Below are positions 32,638 through 42,420 of a stretch of 47,355 nucleotides of DNA, piece by piece (the stretch's first letter is position 1; each line of letters begins with the position of its first letter). This DNA comes from a virus, in the IMG/VR virus record IMGVR_UViG_3300045988_109730; one strand, 5' to 3'. Made by a program: the position numbers and the translations under genes. The notes below the pieces were generated by a model that was given only the letters and a program-made list of their open reading frames with translations, was not told the DNA's origin and did not search any database.

Positions 32638-33027
32638 ATGGCAAACAGAACATATGAATACAATCCAACTGGTGGAAGTCCAGTGATCAATGTTACAGCT
32701 GGAGCAGAACTCAAAACAGCCGTAGCGGTTTTATTAACAAAAGATGGAGCAAAAATTCCTGAAGCCGGAAAGGAAGCAACAGGAATTGTGCTTCTTGGAG
32801 ATGAAACAGTAGCCAAAGGCGATGATATTACTGTTCAGATCAGAAATCAGGGCATGTGGGCAGCTGGTGCAAAGATTGAGGCTGGAGATTTCCTTGCTGT
32901 TGATGCAGAGGGATTATGCCAGAAGGCAACAACAGGGCAGTACATCTTAGCTATGGCACTGACACCAGCGACAGCAAAAGGAGACATCGTAAACGTTGCG
33001 ATCATCCATGCTGGATATGAAGCGTAA
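32638..33027 (+). CDS. DUF2190-like head decoration protein
   Basis: Small Gly/Ala-rich beta protein directly preceding the major capsid gene. Confidence 0.55.
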   Translation: MANRTYEYNPTGGSPVINVTAGAELKTAVAVLLTKDGAKIPEAGKEATGIVLLGDETVAKGDDITVQIRNQGMWAAGAKIEAGDFLAVDAEGLCQKATTGQYILAMALTPATAKGDIVNVAIIHAGYEA

Positions 33028-33047
33028 ATAAAGGAGGAATGAAATAA

Positions 33048-34082
33048 ATGAACACAGGACATAACAACGCAGCAGCAATCGCAGTTGATATTGCGAAAGG
33101 CTGGAGACCAAACTATTACTTAACCAATATGGCAATGAGCTATTTTCAGGCACCTGGAATGAATGTTGCTCCAAGCATCTTTCCAATTCTTCCAGTACAT
33201 GCAAGCACTGGAAGCTACTATATCTTCAACAAAGAAGAGATCGCGAAAGACCAGGTAAAGAGAAAGCCTAAGTTCGGAGCAGTACAGCCGGCTGTATTCT
33301 CTCATTCAGATGATACTTACAAATGCGAGGTAGATCAGATCATCGTCGGAGTAGATAACATCACAGCTCTGGATTACCAGAGAACTGGAGCACCAGCAAC
33401 GATTGATCCGAGACGTGCAAAGGTAAAACAGGTTTCAGAACAGATGAATCTGCACCTTGATATGGTCTTTGCAAACAAGTTTTTCAATGCTGATGCCTGG
33501 GCAAATGTTAAGACAGGAGAAGCAACAGCTTCAACATCTAAACAGTTTGTGCATTTTGATGATGCAAACGCGGACATCGTAGGTCAGTTTGATGAGATGA
33601 AGAAAGAAATCCTTTTAAACGGACGTAGAATGCCTAACAAATTATGCTTAGGATACAGATCGTATAAGGCAATCAAAAATCATCCGCAGTTCTTAGAAAG
33701 AGTTACAGGTTCAGGGTCAACACCGAATCCAGCACTTGTTAACGAACAGGTAATTGCAGCGGTACTTGGTCTGGAAGAAGTAAAAGTTCTGTATGCAACT
33801 TATAATGCAGCAGAAATCGGTCAGAAAGCCGATATGAAATTTGTCTTCGACGATAACAGTGCATTATTAACTTATGCACCGAAAGAAGTAGATCTTGAAG
33901 AACCATCTGCCGGATATATTTATACATGGGATATGCTAGGAAACGGTCAATGGATGGCTACATCACAGTATGATGGACCAGGAGGATCACATTCAGAGTT
34001 CATCGAAGGACTTATGGCAACAGACATGAAAAAGACTTCCGATGACCTTGCAACGTTCTTAAGTGGTTGCGTATCTGAGTAG
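33048..34082 (+). CDS. Major capsid protein (lambda E-like family)
   Basis: Size, position and strong RBS. The family call is from memory of the N-terminal region pattern. Confidence 0.75.
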   Translation: MNTGHNNAAAIAVDIAKGWRPNYYLTNMAMSYFQAPGMNVAPSIFPILPVHASTGSYYIFNKEEIAKDQVKRKPKFGAVQPAVFSHSDDTYKCEVDQIIVGVDNITALDYQRTGAPATIDPRRAKVKQVSEQMNLHLDMVFANKFFNADAWANVKTGEATASTSKQFVHFDDANADIVGQFDEMKKEILLNGRRMPNKLCLGYRSYKAIKNHPQFLERVTGSGSTPNPALVNEQVIAAVLGLEEVKVLYATYNAAEIGQKADMKFVFDDNSALLTYAPKEVDLEEPSAGYIYTWDMLGNGQWMATSQYDGPGGSHSEFIEGLMATDMKKTSDDLATFLSGCVSE

Positions 34083-34094
34083 GAGGTGATTTAT

Positions 34095-34586
34095 ATGAAT
34101 TATGTTGCACTTAAGCCAGTTAATTTTGGCGGAAAGCAGTATAAGATCGGAGAGATTATTCCAGAGGGTGTCGTAGATGAACGACGCTCTCTCTTTTTAA
34201 AGAAGTCTGGACACATTGCAGAAGTAGCGAGCGTAAATGGAGCGTATGCAGAGGATTTGAATGTTAACCCTAACACTTTATCAATTCCTTTATTACAATC
34301 AAAGCACGAGCTTGCAGTGAACGCACAGCAGTTATTACAGTTCTTTGCCACAATTCAGAAAACAATTGAAGAGGCAAAAATTGAGATTGCGACCATGACA
34401 GAGGAAGATACACCGGTCTTACAGCTGTTACATGAGATTGATTCCAGAAAAGGAATTAAGGCAGCAGTTGAAACAAGACTTGCTGATCTTTCCGTTGATA
34501 CTGATATTAATCAGGAATCAGAAGCAGTAGAAGAAACCGAAGAACCAGCAGAACAGCCGGAAGGTGGCGAGGAGAATGACGTATAA
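34095..34586 (+). CDS. Hypothetical head-associated protein
   Basis: ATG lies 8 nt after AGGAGG. Confidence 0.6.
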   Translation: MNYVALKPVNFGGKQYKIGEIIPEGVVDERRSLFLKKSGHIAEVASVNGAYAEDLNVNPNTLSIPLLQSKHELAVNAQQLLQFFATIQKTIEEAKIEIATMTEEDTPVLQLLHEIDSRKGIKAAVETRLADLSVDTDINQESEAVEETEEPAEQPEGGEENDV

Positions 34587-34971
34587 CTATTTTCCAGATG
34601 AGATCAATACAAATGATGTTATGAAGATGCGGTTCGAATTGGCGGATACTGATGTATCAAAGGATGAAATGTCAGCTGCACTTTCCGATGAAGAGATCAC
34701 AGCTGTATTAGAGCAGTATCCAGACAATTTTAAGATGGCAAAACTGAAATTGCTAGAACATATGATGCTCAAATACGGACAGGACGTAGACAACAGTGTT
34801 GGTCCTGTCTCTTTTAATTTTGGTAATCGAATGAATTTCTGGAAACAGCTTTATGATGATCTGAAAAAAGAAATTGCATCTTCCAGTGTTGGAATCAAGC
34901 CGTATGAGAATGAAAAACGAGAGTATTTTTACGTTGGAATGATGAATCATCCTGGAGGTGGACGCTTTTGA
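34564..34971 (+). CDS. Hypothetical head-tail connector protein
   Basis: Position in the head-tail joining block. Start uncertain. Confidence 0.5.
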   Translation: MARRMTYNYFPDEINTNDVMKMRFELADTDVSKDEMSAALSDEEITAVLEQYPDNFKMAKLKLLEHMMLKYGQDVDNSVGPVSFNFGNRMNFWKQLYDDLKKEIASSSVGIKPYENEKREYFYVGMMNHPGGGRF

Positions 34972-35351
34972 AAATGACATCAATCGGTAGACCATATCAA
35001 TATATGCAGTCTTTCCGTGTTTACTGGCAGGATACAGAAGTCATGGACGATGGCATGGTTGTAAAGGGCGATGAAAAAGAAGCCCCTGATGCGATCATAG
35101 ACGGTATACTAGCCGAAGCGGATATGAAGACAATGGAAATCTGGAAACAAAACCAGACTCCGATCAGTCATACGATTGTGTCTTACCATCCAGTGGTTAA
35201 GCTAAGTAAGAACGATGTGTTACTGCTTGGCGATGATCCGTGCCATGATCGTAAGTTTATCGTGAAGGGTACAAAAGATCCAGCTGGAACAGGGCAGTTT
35301 TCCATCTATTATGTATTAGAAAGAAGTGATACAGATGGGCGTAGAAGCTGA
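34968..35351 (+). CDS. Hypothetical head-tail joining protein
   Basis: Overlapping start and stop with its neighbours. Confidence 0.55.
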   Translation: MKMTSIGRPYQYMQSFRVYWQDTEVMDDGMVVKGDEKEAPDAIIDGILAEADMKTMEIWKQNQTPISHTIVSYHPVVKLSKNDVLLLGDDPCHDRKFIVKGTKDPAGTGQFSIYYVLERSDTDGRRS

Positions 35352-35745
35352 ATTTCAAGCATGTGCAAAGAATCTTGATGAAAGTATCAAAAGAGAGATG
35401 ATGCGAAAGGGTGCAATGGCAACAAACACCCTTAGAAATATTGAGATCGAAGTATTGTCGAAAGGCGGTTCTGGAAAGAAATACAAACGGCTTCCGAATA
35501 GATCATCCGCACCGGGAGAAACACCAGCACCACAGTCTAGAAAGTTACGTCAGGACTGGGATGATCAAACTCTGATTGAAGGAGATCAAGTTACAAGCCG
35601 GATAAAAAGTAATTCAAAACACGCTGAATGGCTGGAAGGTGGCACAAAAAAGATGGCAAAACGACCATTTATTGATCCAATTAAGAAGAAAGCAGAGCCG
35701 GAGATTGTAAAGATCTTCGGTTCAGATTTTGAGGTAACTCTATGA
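35326..35745 (+). CDS. HK97 gp10-family tail-completion/connector protein
   Basis: SNSKHAEWLEGGTKKMAKRPFIDPI. Confidence 0.7.
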   Translation: MIQMGVEAEFQACAKNLDESIKREMMRKGAMATNTLRNIEIEVLSKGGSGKKYKRLPNRSSAPGETPAPQSRKLRQDWDDQTLIEGDQVTSRIKSNSKHAEWLEGGTKKMAKRPFIDPIKKKAEPEIVKIFGSDFEVTL

Positions 35746-36608
35746 AAGAAATAATTTTCAAGTACTTAAAACGACTGAATATTAACGGATTGGCTGCGTT
35801 CAAAAATGGACCAGCAATATTTTTGGATCAGGCACCTGATGATTCTGATTCAAGGTGGGATGGTTCGCAGTATGGGCGTATCATCTATGGGCTGAATCTG
35901 AAAGATGATTCAGAGCGTAAGGTTTCTGGAACGATGGAGATTGCAATAGCGTATCTGTTTAATAATCAAGGATATAAGAACTTGCTTGAAGCGAAGAAGA
36001 TCCTGAAAAAAGCGTTTGAAGGAGTTTTCTTGACCGATGAAGATACAACGATTTCTCTTGTATGGAGAAAGTCAGAATCATTTCAGGAAGCAATCGAAGG
36101 GCAAATGGATGTAGAAGTATGTGGATCAGTGCTGACATTCGATGCATATGCTTTTCCAAAACATTCATACCTTCCGCTGGATGCAGTCGGTTCTTTGGCA
36201 AAGCACATTGATGAGAACTGGAACGTGACAGTGATCAATAACACGGAACTTGACGAAATCTGGAAGCCGGATGATGAAGAAGTGGTTGTTTATACTAGAC
36301 TGGATTCTATGCAGCCAGGAACGTTCCCATCGACATATGCTTGTACATGGTTTACAAACAACATCAAGGTACATGTGATCTCCGGATCGGATGTAAATGC
36401 TGATCAGTTTGTTATGAACTTGCTGCAAGATTTACAGGAAAGAGAGCGGTTCGTTATGAATGATGGATCGCCGTTTTTTGTAAATCAGCTGGCATACAGC
36501 ACGAAACTTGATCCATTAAAAGATGGACAGGTAACGGTAAGAGGTCAGTACGGAAAGCTACGAGATGTTGAAACAGTCGATGAATTAAAGACAATTACGA
36601 TAAGTTAG
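35742..36608 (+). CDS. Hypothetical tail-completion protein (XkdJ position)
   Basis: ATGA overlap. Immediately upstream of the sheath block. Confidence 0.5.
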   Translation: MKEIIFKYLKRLNINGLAAFKNGPAIFLDQAPDDSDSRWDGSQYGRIIYGLNLKDDSERKVSGTMEIAIAYLFNNQGYKNLLEAKKILKKAFEGVFLTDEDTTISLVWRKSESFQEAIEGQMDVEVCGSVLTFDAYAFPKHSYLPLDAVGSLAKHIDENWNVTVINNTELDEIWKPDDEEVVVYTRLDSMQPGTFPSTYACTWFTNNIKVHVISGSDVNADQFVMNLLQDLQERERFVMNDGSPFFVNQLAYSTKLDPLKDGQVTVRGQYGKLRDVETVDELKTITIS

Positions 36609-36617
36609 GAGGAAACA

Positions 36618-36812
36618 ATGGCAGAAAAGAAAGACGAAACAAAAACAGTGCCAGAAGTTACTTATACTGTGGATGAATATGTAGAAAATCCACAGGTGTT
36701 AGGAGTATCACAAGATATTATCCGAACAGCATTTGCAAGGGCAGGTGTTAAAGAAGCAACGCAGAGCACAGCAAAGAAACTTGTAGATACATTTAAGAAG
36801 AAGGAGGTATAA
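36618..36812 (+). CDS. Hypothetical protein
   Basis: RBS aggagg. Co-directional. Confidence 0.55.
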   Translation: MAEKKDETKTVPEVTYTVDEYVENPQVLGVSQDIIRTAFARAGVKEATQSTAKKLVDTFKKKEV

Positions 36813-36816
36813 GAAC

Positions 36817-38226
36817 TTGTCCGGATTATTTTTAAAAGGCGAGAAAAAGGAAAGAGCTGGAGTTTATCGCAGACATGAGCAGATCACAAATAATGGTGTA
36901 GCATCCGCAATGAACGGAGTTTTCTGTATTCCGGTTCATGCAGATTTTGGTCCAGTTGGAGAGATTCAGAAGATCACATCAAAGACCGATCTTCTTTCAC
37001 TTTATATGGAGAGTGGAACGATCGATGCAGCGGTAAAACTGTTTGATGCAGGTGCTAACACGGTATATCTTTACCGTCTTGGAACTGGTGGTAAAGAAGG
37101 AAGCCTGTCCTTACAGACAACCACAGACACAAATGCAGTTACATTAAAGACAAAATATCCAACCGCTTTGAAATTCTCCGTAACTGTAAAACAGAAATTA
37201 GGAGATGAAACGACAAAAGAGTGTTCAGTTTACAATGGGGCAACACTTGTTGAGAAAGTAAGCTTTATCGCTGGTGCGGATGTAAATGAGGCTGCAAATC
37301 TGGTGGAAGCAATGAAAGACAGCAAGTATTTATCCGCAGAACTTGTTTCTGGAGCATCCGGGATCATGCAGACGGTTGCACAGCAGGCTTTGGCTGGTGG
37401 ATCAGCACCGGCAGTCACAACAGAAGATTACAGCAATGCGTTTAATGCATTCGAAACTTATGCTTGGAATGTACTGGTGCTTGATACAGTCGAAGAAGAT
37501 GTTAAAGCATTAGCGAAGACATACATGGAAAGAATCCATTCAAACGGTGCATTGGGTGTTTGCGTACTTGGAGAAGCGGCAGGAAAGTCACTTGCTACAA
37601 GAAAAACGAATGCAAAATCCTATAATGCACCATATTTTATTTACTGCGGTAGCGGATATTATAATACTGCCGGAGATAGGGTGGAAGGATACCTTGCGGC
37701 AGCAGTTCAGGCAGGTGTGATTGGATGCAAAGATTCAAGTACATCAATTGTACATACAGAGATTCCAGATGCGGAGTCATGCATTGAACAGCTGACGAAT
37801 GAACAATATGTCGATGCGATCAAATCTGGATTGCTTCTTTTGTCAGAAGGACAGGAAGGACAGGTCTGGTTTGATTCAGGAGTGAACACATATACAGTTC
37901 TGGATGAGGACGATGACGAAGGATGGAAGAAGATCAAACGTACAGCTGTCCGTTATGAAGCTTTTGACCGTATCAATCGTACATTAGAACCATTGATCGG
38001 TAAGATCAGCAACAATGCAGCAGGCGTTGATAATGTAATTCAGGAAGCTAAAAAAGTACTGGCTGAAATGAACAGAGAAGGAAAGATCTTAGATACCTAC
38101 GAATTTTATGAGGATACAGAAAATCCACATGCAGCGGATTATGCATACTTTATTATCCGCATTGATGACGTTGACAGCATGGAAAAGATCTACTTAACAT
38201 ATCAGTTCCAGTATATCGCACAGTAG
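36817..38226 (+). CDS. Contractile tail sheath protein (XkdK-like)
   Basis: Size, position before the tube, and N-terminal ...ERAGVYRR... pattern. TTG start after AGGAGGT. Confidence 0.8.
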   Translation: MSGLFLKGEKKERAGVYRRHEQITNNGVASAMNGVFCIPVHADFGPVGEIQKITSKTDLLSLYMESGTIDAAVKLFDAGANTVYLYRLGTGGKEGSLSLQTTTDTNAVTLKTKYPTALKFSVTVKQKLGDETTKECSVYNGATLVEKVSFIAGADVNEAANLVEAMKDSKYLSAELVSGASGIMQTVAQQALAGGSAPAVTTEDYSNAFNAFETYAWNVLVLDTVEEDVKALAKTYMERIHSNGALGVCVLGEAAGKSLATRKTNAKSYNAPYFIYCGSGYYNTAGDRVEGYLAAAVQAGVIGCKDSSTSIVHTEIPDAESCIEQLTNEQYVDAIKSGLLLLSEGQEGQVWFDSGVNTYTVLDEDDDEGWKKIKRTAVRYEAFDRINRTLEPLIGKISNNAAGVDNVIQEAKKVLAEMNREGKILDTYEFYEDTENPHAADYAYFIIRIDDVDSMEKIYLTYQFQYIAQ

Positions 38227-38240
38227 GAGGTGTTATATAA

Positions 38241-38702
38241 ATGAGTGGAAAAGGTTTTGATACTAGAAAACTGATGACAGGAAAAGACGGAAAGCTTTTT
38301 ATCACACTTGATGGAGTTTCCATCTGGTTTGCATCCGTGGAAGAGTTTTCTATCGGGATGAATGTTTCTAATGTAGATTTTCATCCGGCTGGAGATGTCC
38401 AGACGTATGGAGTTCCGGACAGTGTTAAATTTACAGCATCATTCACGGAAGCTGTAGTAAGAGACGATCTTACAATTGTTCCAATCTTGGATGCAATCAA
38501 AAGTGGGAAATTTCCTATTTTTTCTCTCCAAGGTGGTGCAACAGAACCACTGGAAGGTGGGGAAAGCAAATTCTTACTGGATGAATGTATTCTTGACGGA
38601 GATACAAATATTCTGGATGTTAAACCTGGAGAGGTTATTAAGAGACAGATGCAGTTCATTGTTAACAGCGTACCAGACTGCATTAAATCATTAGCAGCAT
38701 AA
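38241..38702 (+). CDS. Tail tube protein (XkdM-like)
   Basis: Size and position after the sheath. Confidence 0.75.
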   Translation: MSGKGFDTRKLMTGKDGKLFITLDGVSIWFASVEEFSIGMNVSNVDFHPAGDVQTYGVPDSVKFTASFTEAVVRDDLTIVPILDAIKSGKFPIFSLQGGATEPLEGGESKFLLDECILDGDTNILDVKPGEVIKRQMQFIVNSVPDCIKSLAA

Positions 38703-38717
38703 AGAAAGGAAAATAAA

Positions 38718-39209
38718 ATGGCAGAAAAGAAAGAAACAAATGTTACGGTAACCGAAGATAATGAAATGGATCTGATCACGGGTCTTTTAAAAGCCGCAGA
38801 GTATAAAACAGAAGTACAGCAGCCATTGAATATTACAAGAAATGGACAGACATTGTTTAAATTTAATGTCCGACCATTATCTTTCGATGAAATTGCACAG
38901 TGTAGAAAGAAAGCTACAACTTATATGGCAAACCCAGGCGGAGCTTCACTTCCTCTCGTTGAGAAAGAAGTAAGTACAGCTGATTACATGGCATGGAAGA
39001 TTTACACTGCAACAGTAGCGACTGACGGAAAGAAATTCTGGGATAATTCAGCGCTGAAAGAAGGATTAAAGAAAGCTGGTCATATGGTTATGACACAGAA
39101 CGAAATTATCAAAGAGGTGTTAACAGCTGGAGAGCTTGAAGCTGTCAGCGATGCTATTGATAACTTATCTGGAGGCGGTGTTAGTGTAGTTGACTACGCA
39201 AAAAACTAA
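38718..39209 (+). CDS. Tail assembly chaperone (XkdN-like), short form
   Basis: Lies between the tube and tape measure. Ends at the slippery site. Confidence 0.7.
   Translation: MAEKKETNVTVTEDNEMDLITGLLKAAEYKTEVQQPLNITRNGQTLFKFNVRPLSFDEIAQCRKKATTYMANPGGASLPLVEKEVSTADYMAWKIYTATVATDGKKFWDNSALKEGLKKAGHMVMTQNEIIKEVLTAGELEAVSDAIDNLSGGGVSVVDYAKN
39200..39206 (+). promoter_or_regulatory. -1 programmed frameshift slippery heptamer A_AAA_AAC
   Basis: In the X_XXY_YYZ phase of the chaperone ORF, directly before its TAA. The -1 frame is open from 39194 to 39355. Confidence 0.65.
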
Positions 39210-39355
39210 TTGAATCCAGTCCGTTAGCTTCTATGCTTGCAGAAAATTATTTACGGACTGGAATGTTACCATCACAAGCCCTTGATCTTCCTGAAGGAGA
39301 GAGGGCTTTTATTTTTGCAGCAATTTTAAAAGCTATGGAAGGAGGAGATGCATAA
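39206..39355 (+). CDS. Frameshift extension of the tail assembly chaperone (long form, G-T analogue)
   Basis: The -1 frame reads LIESSPLASMLAENYLRTGMLPSQALDLPEGERAFIFAAILKAMEGGDA and stops 1 nt before the tape measure ATG. Confidence 0.6.
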   Translation, partial: LIESSPLASMLAENYLRTGMLPSQALDLPEGERAFIFAAILKAMEGGDA

Positions 39356-42274
39356 ATGGCAAACAAAGAAATTGTGATCGATGTTGTATCGGAATATTCC
39401 GACCATGCATCTTCTGGCCTACAGCAAACAGGGAAGAATGCAGAGAAAGCATCACGAGAGATGGACAAGCTTGGAAAGAAGCGTGCAAAGCCAAAATTAG
39501 GACTTGAAGATAAAGCAAGTCCAGTCCTCGACAAGTTTGGTAAAAAGGGAGACGGGCTCGGTAAAAAGACCTGGACTCCAAAACTTGGATTAAAAGACAC
39601 TGCAACAGCAGGGATCAAAAAAGCTATGAGTGCTGGTATGAGTTTTGGTAGAAAGACTTTTTCAGCAGTCCTAAAAATCGATGACAAGGTAACAAGTCAG
39701 ATCAAAAAAATCCCAAGTGTTATATCTAAGATCAAGAATTCTATATTTTCACTAAAAACTTTGGCTGGTGGAGTTATAACTGGAATTGCTACAAAGAAAT
39801 TGATAGCTGATCCAGTATCATTAGCAGACGAATTTCAGACAGATCAAATTGGCTTTGAAACAATGCTGAAATCTAAAAAGAAAGCTACGAAGTTTATGGA
39901 TAGTGCGAAGAAATTTGCATCTGTTACTCCGTTTGACACATCGGCCGTAGTATCAAATGCTCAAAGGATGTTGGCTTATGGTTTTTCTGATAAAGACATT
40001 ATTCCGGATCTAACAAAGATCGGTAATGCATCCGCAGCACTTGGAGCTGGAGAAGAGGGTATCTCTCGAGTATCCAGAGCTTTAGGTCAGATGAAAACAA
40101 ACGGAAGGCTGAACGCAGAGGACATGAATCAGCTGACAGATGTCGGCATAAACGCATGGAAGTATCTTGCTGATGCAGAGGGTAAATCCATAGCCCAGAT
40201 CAGAGAAATGTCTCAAAAGGGCGAAATCAGTGGAGACAAAGCAGTTAAGACAATCCTTAATGGGCTGAAAGAATTTGATGGAATGATGGACAAAACATCT
40301 AATTCGACGGTTTCTGGATTAATGTCAAATATTAAAGATACGTTCGACATAAACATTGTTTCTAAATGGGGAAAAGGTCTCCAGAAGGGAGCAACGAAAG
40401 GTTTAGGAGAATTTGCAGATTATCTCGATAAATCCGATGCAAAACTAAAAGAAGCTGGAACATCACTTGAAAAACTTGGAGAGTATGCAAGTACATCTGT
40501 ATTCAAGGGACTTGAAAAGGCTGGAGATAAGATCGACGATCTTATTAGTATGCCAAAATTCCAAAATGCTTCAATCGGTGGCAAGATTAGTATTGCTTGG
40601 GATGAACTGATTGTAAATCCGTTTTCTAAGTGGTGGGATTCTAAAGGAAGACCGACGATCGTTAAAAAGATTACTGGGATTGGAAAAGATATTGCAAAAG
40701 CTGGTGGAAACTGGTTCAAGGAATCTCTTAAGGATCTGTTACCAGGCGGAGATAAAGCTGGTATCGAAGATTATTTAGCTGGATTTCTTGGATTATCTGG
40801 AGGGCTAAAGCTGTTTAAAGGTGGAAAAAGTCTATACGATCTGATCATTGGCGGTTCTGGAGGTGGAGGAAAAACAAATCCTTTGGGAGATTCTATTGGA
40901 ACAATCAATGTGTCCGCGGCAGTTGTAAATGTGAACGGAGGAATTGGAAACGGAAATTCTACAATACCGGGAACAAATCCAACAGGTAATAAAGAAATCT
41001 GGTTACCAGAAAGCGTAAAGCGAAAAATGCAACAAACTGAACCGAAAACACCATCTGGACCGACAAGGACACCGGGTGGCTTGTTTGGTTTAGGCGGTTC
41101 TGGTGTCACGCTGAAAAATGGAGAAACCGTAGCTGCCACTGGATGGAAAGCATGGCTTGGAAATCTAGGCGTAAAACTTGGATCAGGTGCAGCGACCGCT
41201 GGTGGAGCAGCAGCCGTTGGAGGTGCATCTTTATTAGGTGGAGCTTTAGGGATTGCTGGAATAGGAAGTGCAGCTGGTAATATTTATAACGCAGTGACCT
41301 CAAAAGATTCAGCCACGAAGAAGAAGGAAGCCTATAGAGGTGGTACGAAACTTGGAATGGTTGGCGGCGGTGCAGCCGCTGGTGCAGCTATTGGAGCCGG
41401 ATTTGGTGGTATCGGAGCTGTTCCAGGCGCATTAATTGGAGCTGGAATTGGTGGACTTGGTGCGATTTTTAAAGGGAATAAAGCTGGAGATGCACTTAGA
41501 AATTTCGTATCAAAAAGAAAAAAAGCACTAAAAAACAGCAATTCTATGACAGCAAAAGGTCAAGATTATTGGAAATATAGCAAAGAAAGTATTAGTAGTG
41601 TTAATCCAAAAGAGGCGAAATATAAAGAGCTGGCGAGTTCAGTACAGAAAGCGTATGAGGAGAACAAAAAGAATACAAAACAGACAAACGTTGGTTCTAA
41701 GAGTACAAAAGTCTTTTCTGGGGCAACTGACGCTGCTGGTAATAAAGTTACTGGCTTAGGTGGTATGTCTGCAAGTACTACCGGAATGCTTGGAAGCATG
41801 GGTTCAATGTCTCTTACAGCTGGTGGCAACTTACAAAGTGCTGGAAGTTCCGCATTATCACTTGCAGGTGCTTTAGCATCCGCAGCCTCAACGATTGCAT
41901 CCGCAGCAAGTACAACCGCTGCACAAGCAAGTGCGATCAAAAGTATTACTAGTGGAAGTTATCTAAGTAATAGCGGTTCTTCAAAATCTGGTAAAAAGAA
42001 AACAAGCAAAAAGACATCATCCGCACCGAAAGTACAGACAGCCTTACCGAAAAATGGAAAGTTCTTTCATAATGCGAAGGGTAGTCTGGTCAGAGGTCAT
42101 ATCGTTTCTGAATTAGGAGAAGAAGGAAACGAAATGGTCATTCCACTTTCTAGACATAGAAGCCGTGCATTATCTCTCTGGAATCAAGCAGGACAGATTT
42201 TAGGCGTTACAAAGCATGCCAAAGGTGGACTTGTTGGAGGATCATCCGGATCTGGAAAAGCTTCGTCTGGTAGC
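39356..42274 (+). CDS. Tape measure protein, 3' end lost into an adapter artefact
   Basis: Long helical and Gly-rich protein. Conserved C-terminal ELGEEGNEMVIPLSRHRSRALSLWNQAGQILG. From 42275 the ORF continues into Illumina adapter sequence. Confidence 0.85.
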
Positions 42275-42412
42275 AGATCGGAAGAGCGTCGTGTAGGGAA
42301 AGAGTGTAGATCTCGGTGGTCGCCGTATCATTAAAAAAATTTTTTTCAAGCAGAAGACGGCATACGAGATTACGTACGGTGACTGGAGTTCAGACGTGTG
42401 CTCTTCCGATCT
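42275..42412. other. Illumina TruSeq adapter dimer assembled into the contig (not biological)
   Basis: Exact AGATCGGAAGAGCGTCGTGTAGGGAAAGAGTGTAGATCTCGGTGGTCGCCGTATCATT + A7T7 + CAAGCAGAAGACGGCATACGAGAT-tacgtacg-GTGACTGGAGTTCAGACGTGTGCTCTTCCGATCT. Confidence 0.98.
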
Positions 42413-42420
42413 TAATGTAA

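Noticed and set aside
39247-41940. Minus-strand ORFs 39247-39687, 39333-39605, 40420-40719, 40771-41139, 41332-41541 and 41566-41940
   Set aside because: They are antisense shadows of the Gly/Ala/Ser-rich tape measure gene and of the chaperone frameshift region. They have no RBS and low-complexity translations.
42275-42334. C-terminal RSEERRVGKECRSRWSPYH of the 992-aa tape-measure ORF as a real domain
   Set aside because: It is the translation of the Illumina P5 adapter reverse complement. I truncated the CDS call at 42274.
42275-42412. Adapter junction marking genuine physical genome termini (adapters ligated to cos/DTR ends)
   Set aside because: The location is between the tape measure and baseplate genes, not near terS. 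The downstream gene has lost its RBS, which indicates missing sequence rather than a natural end.
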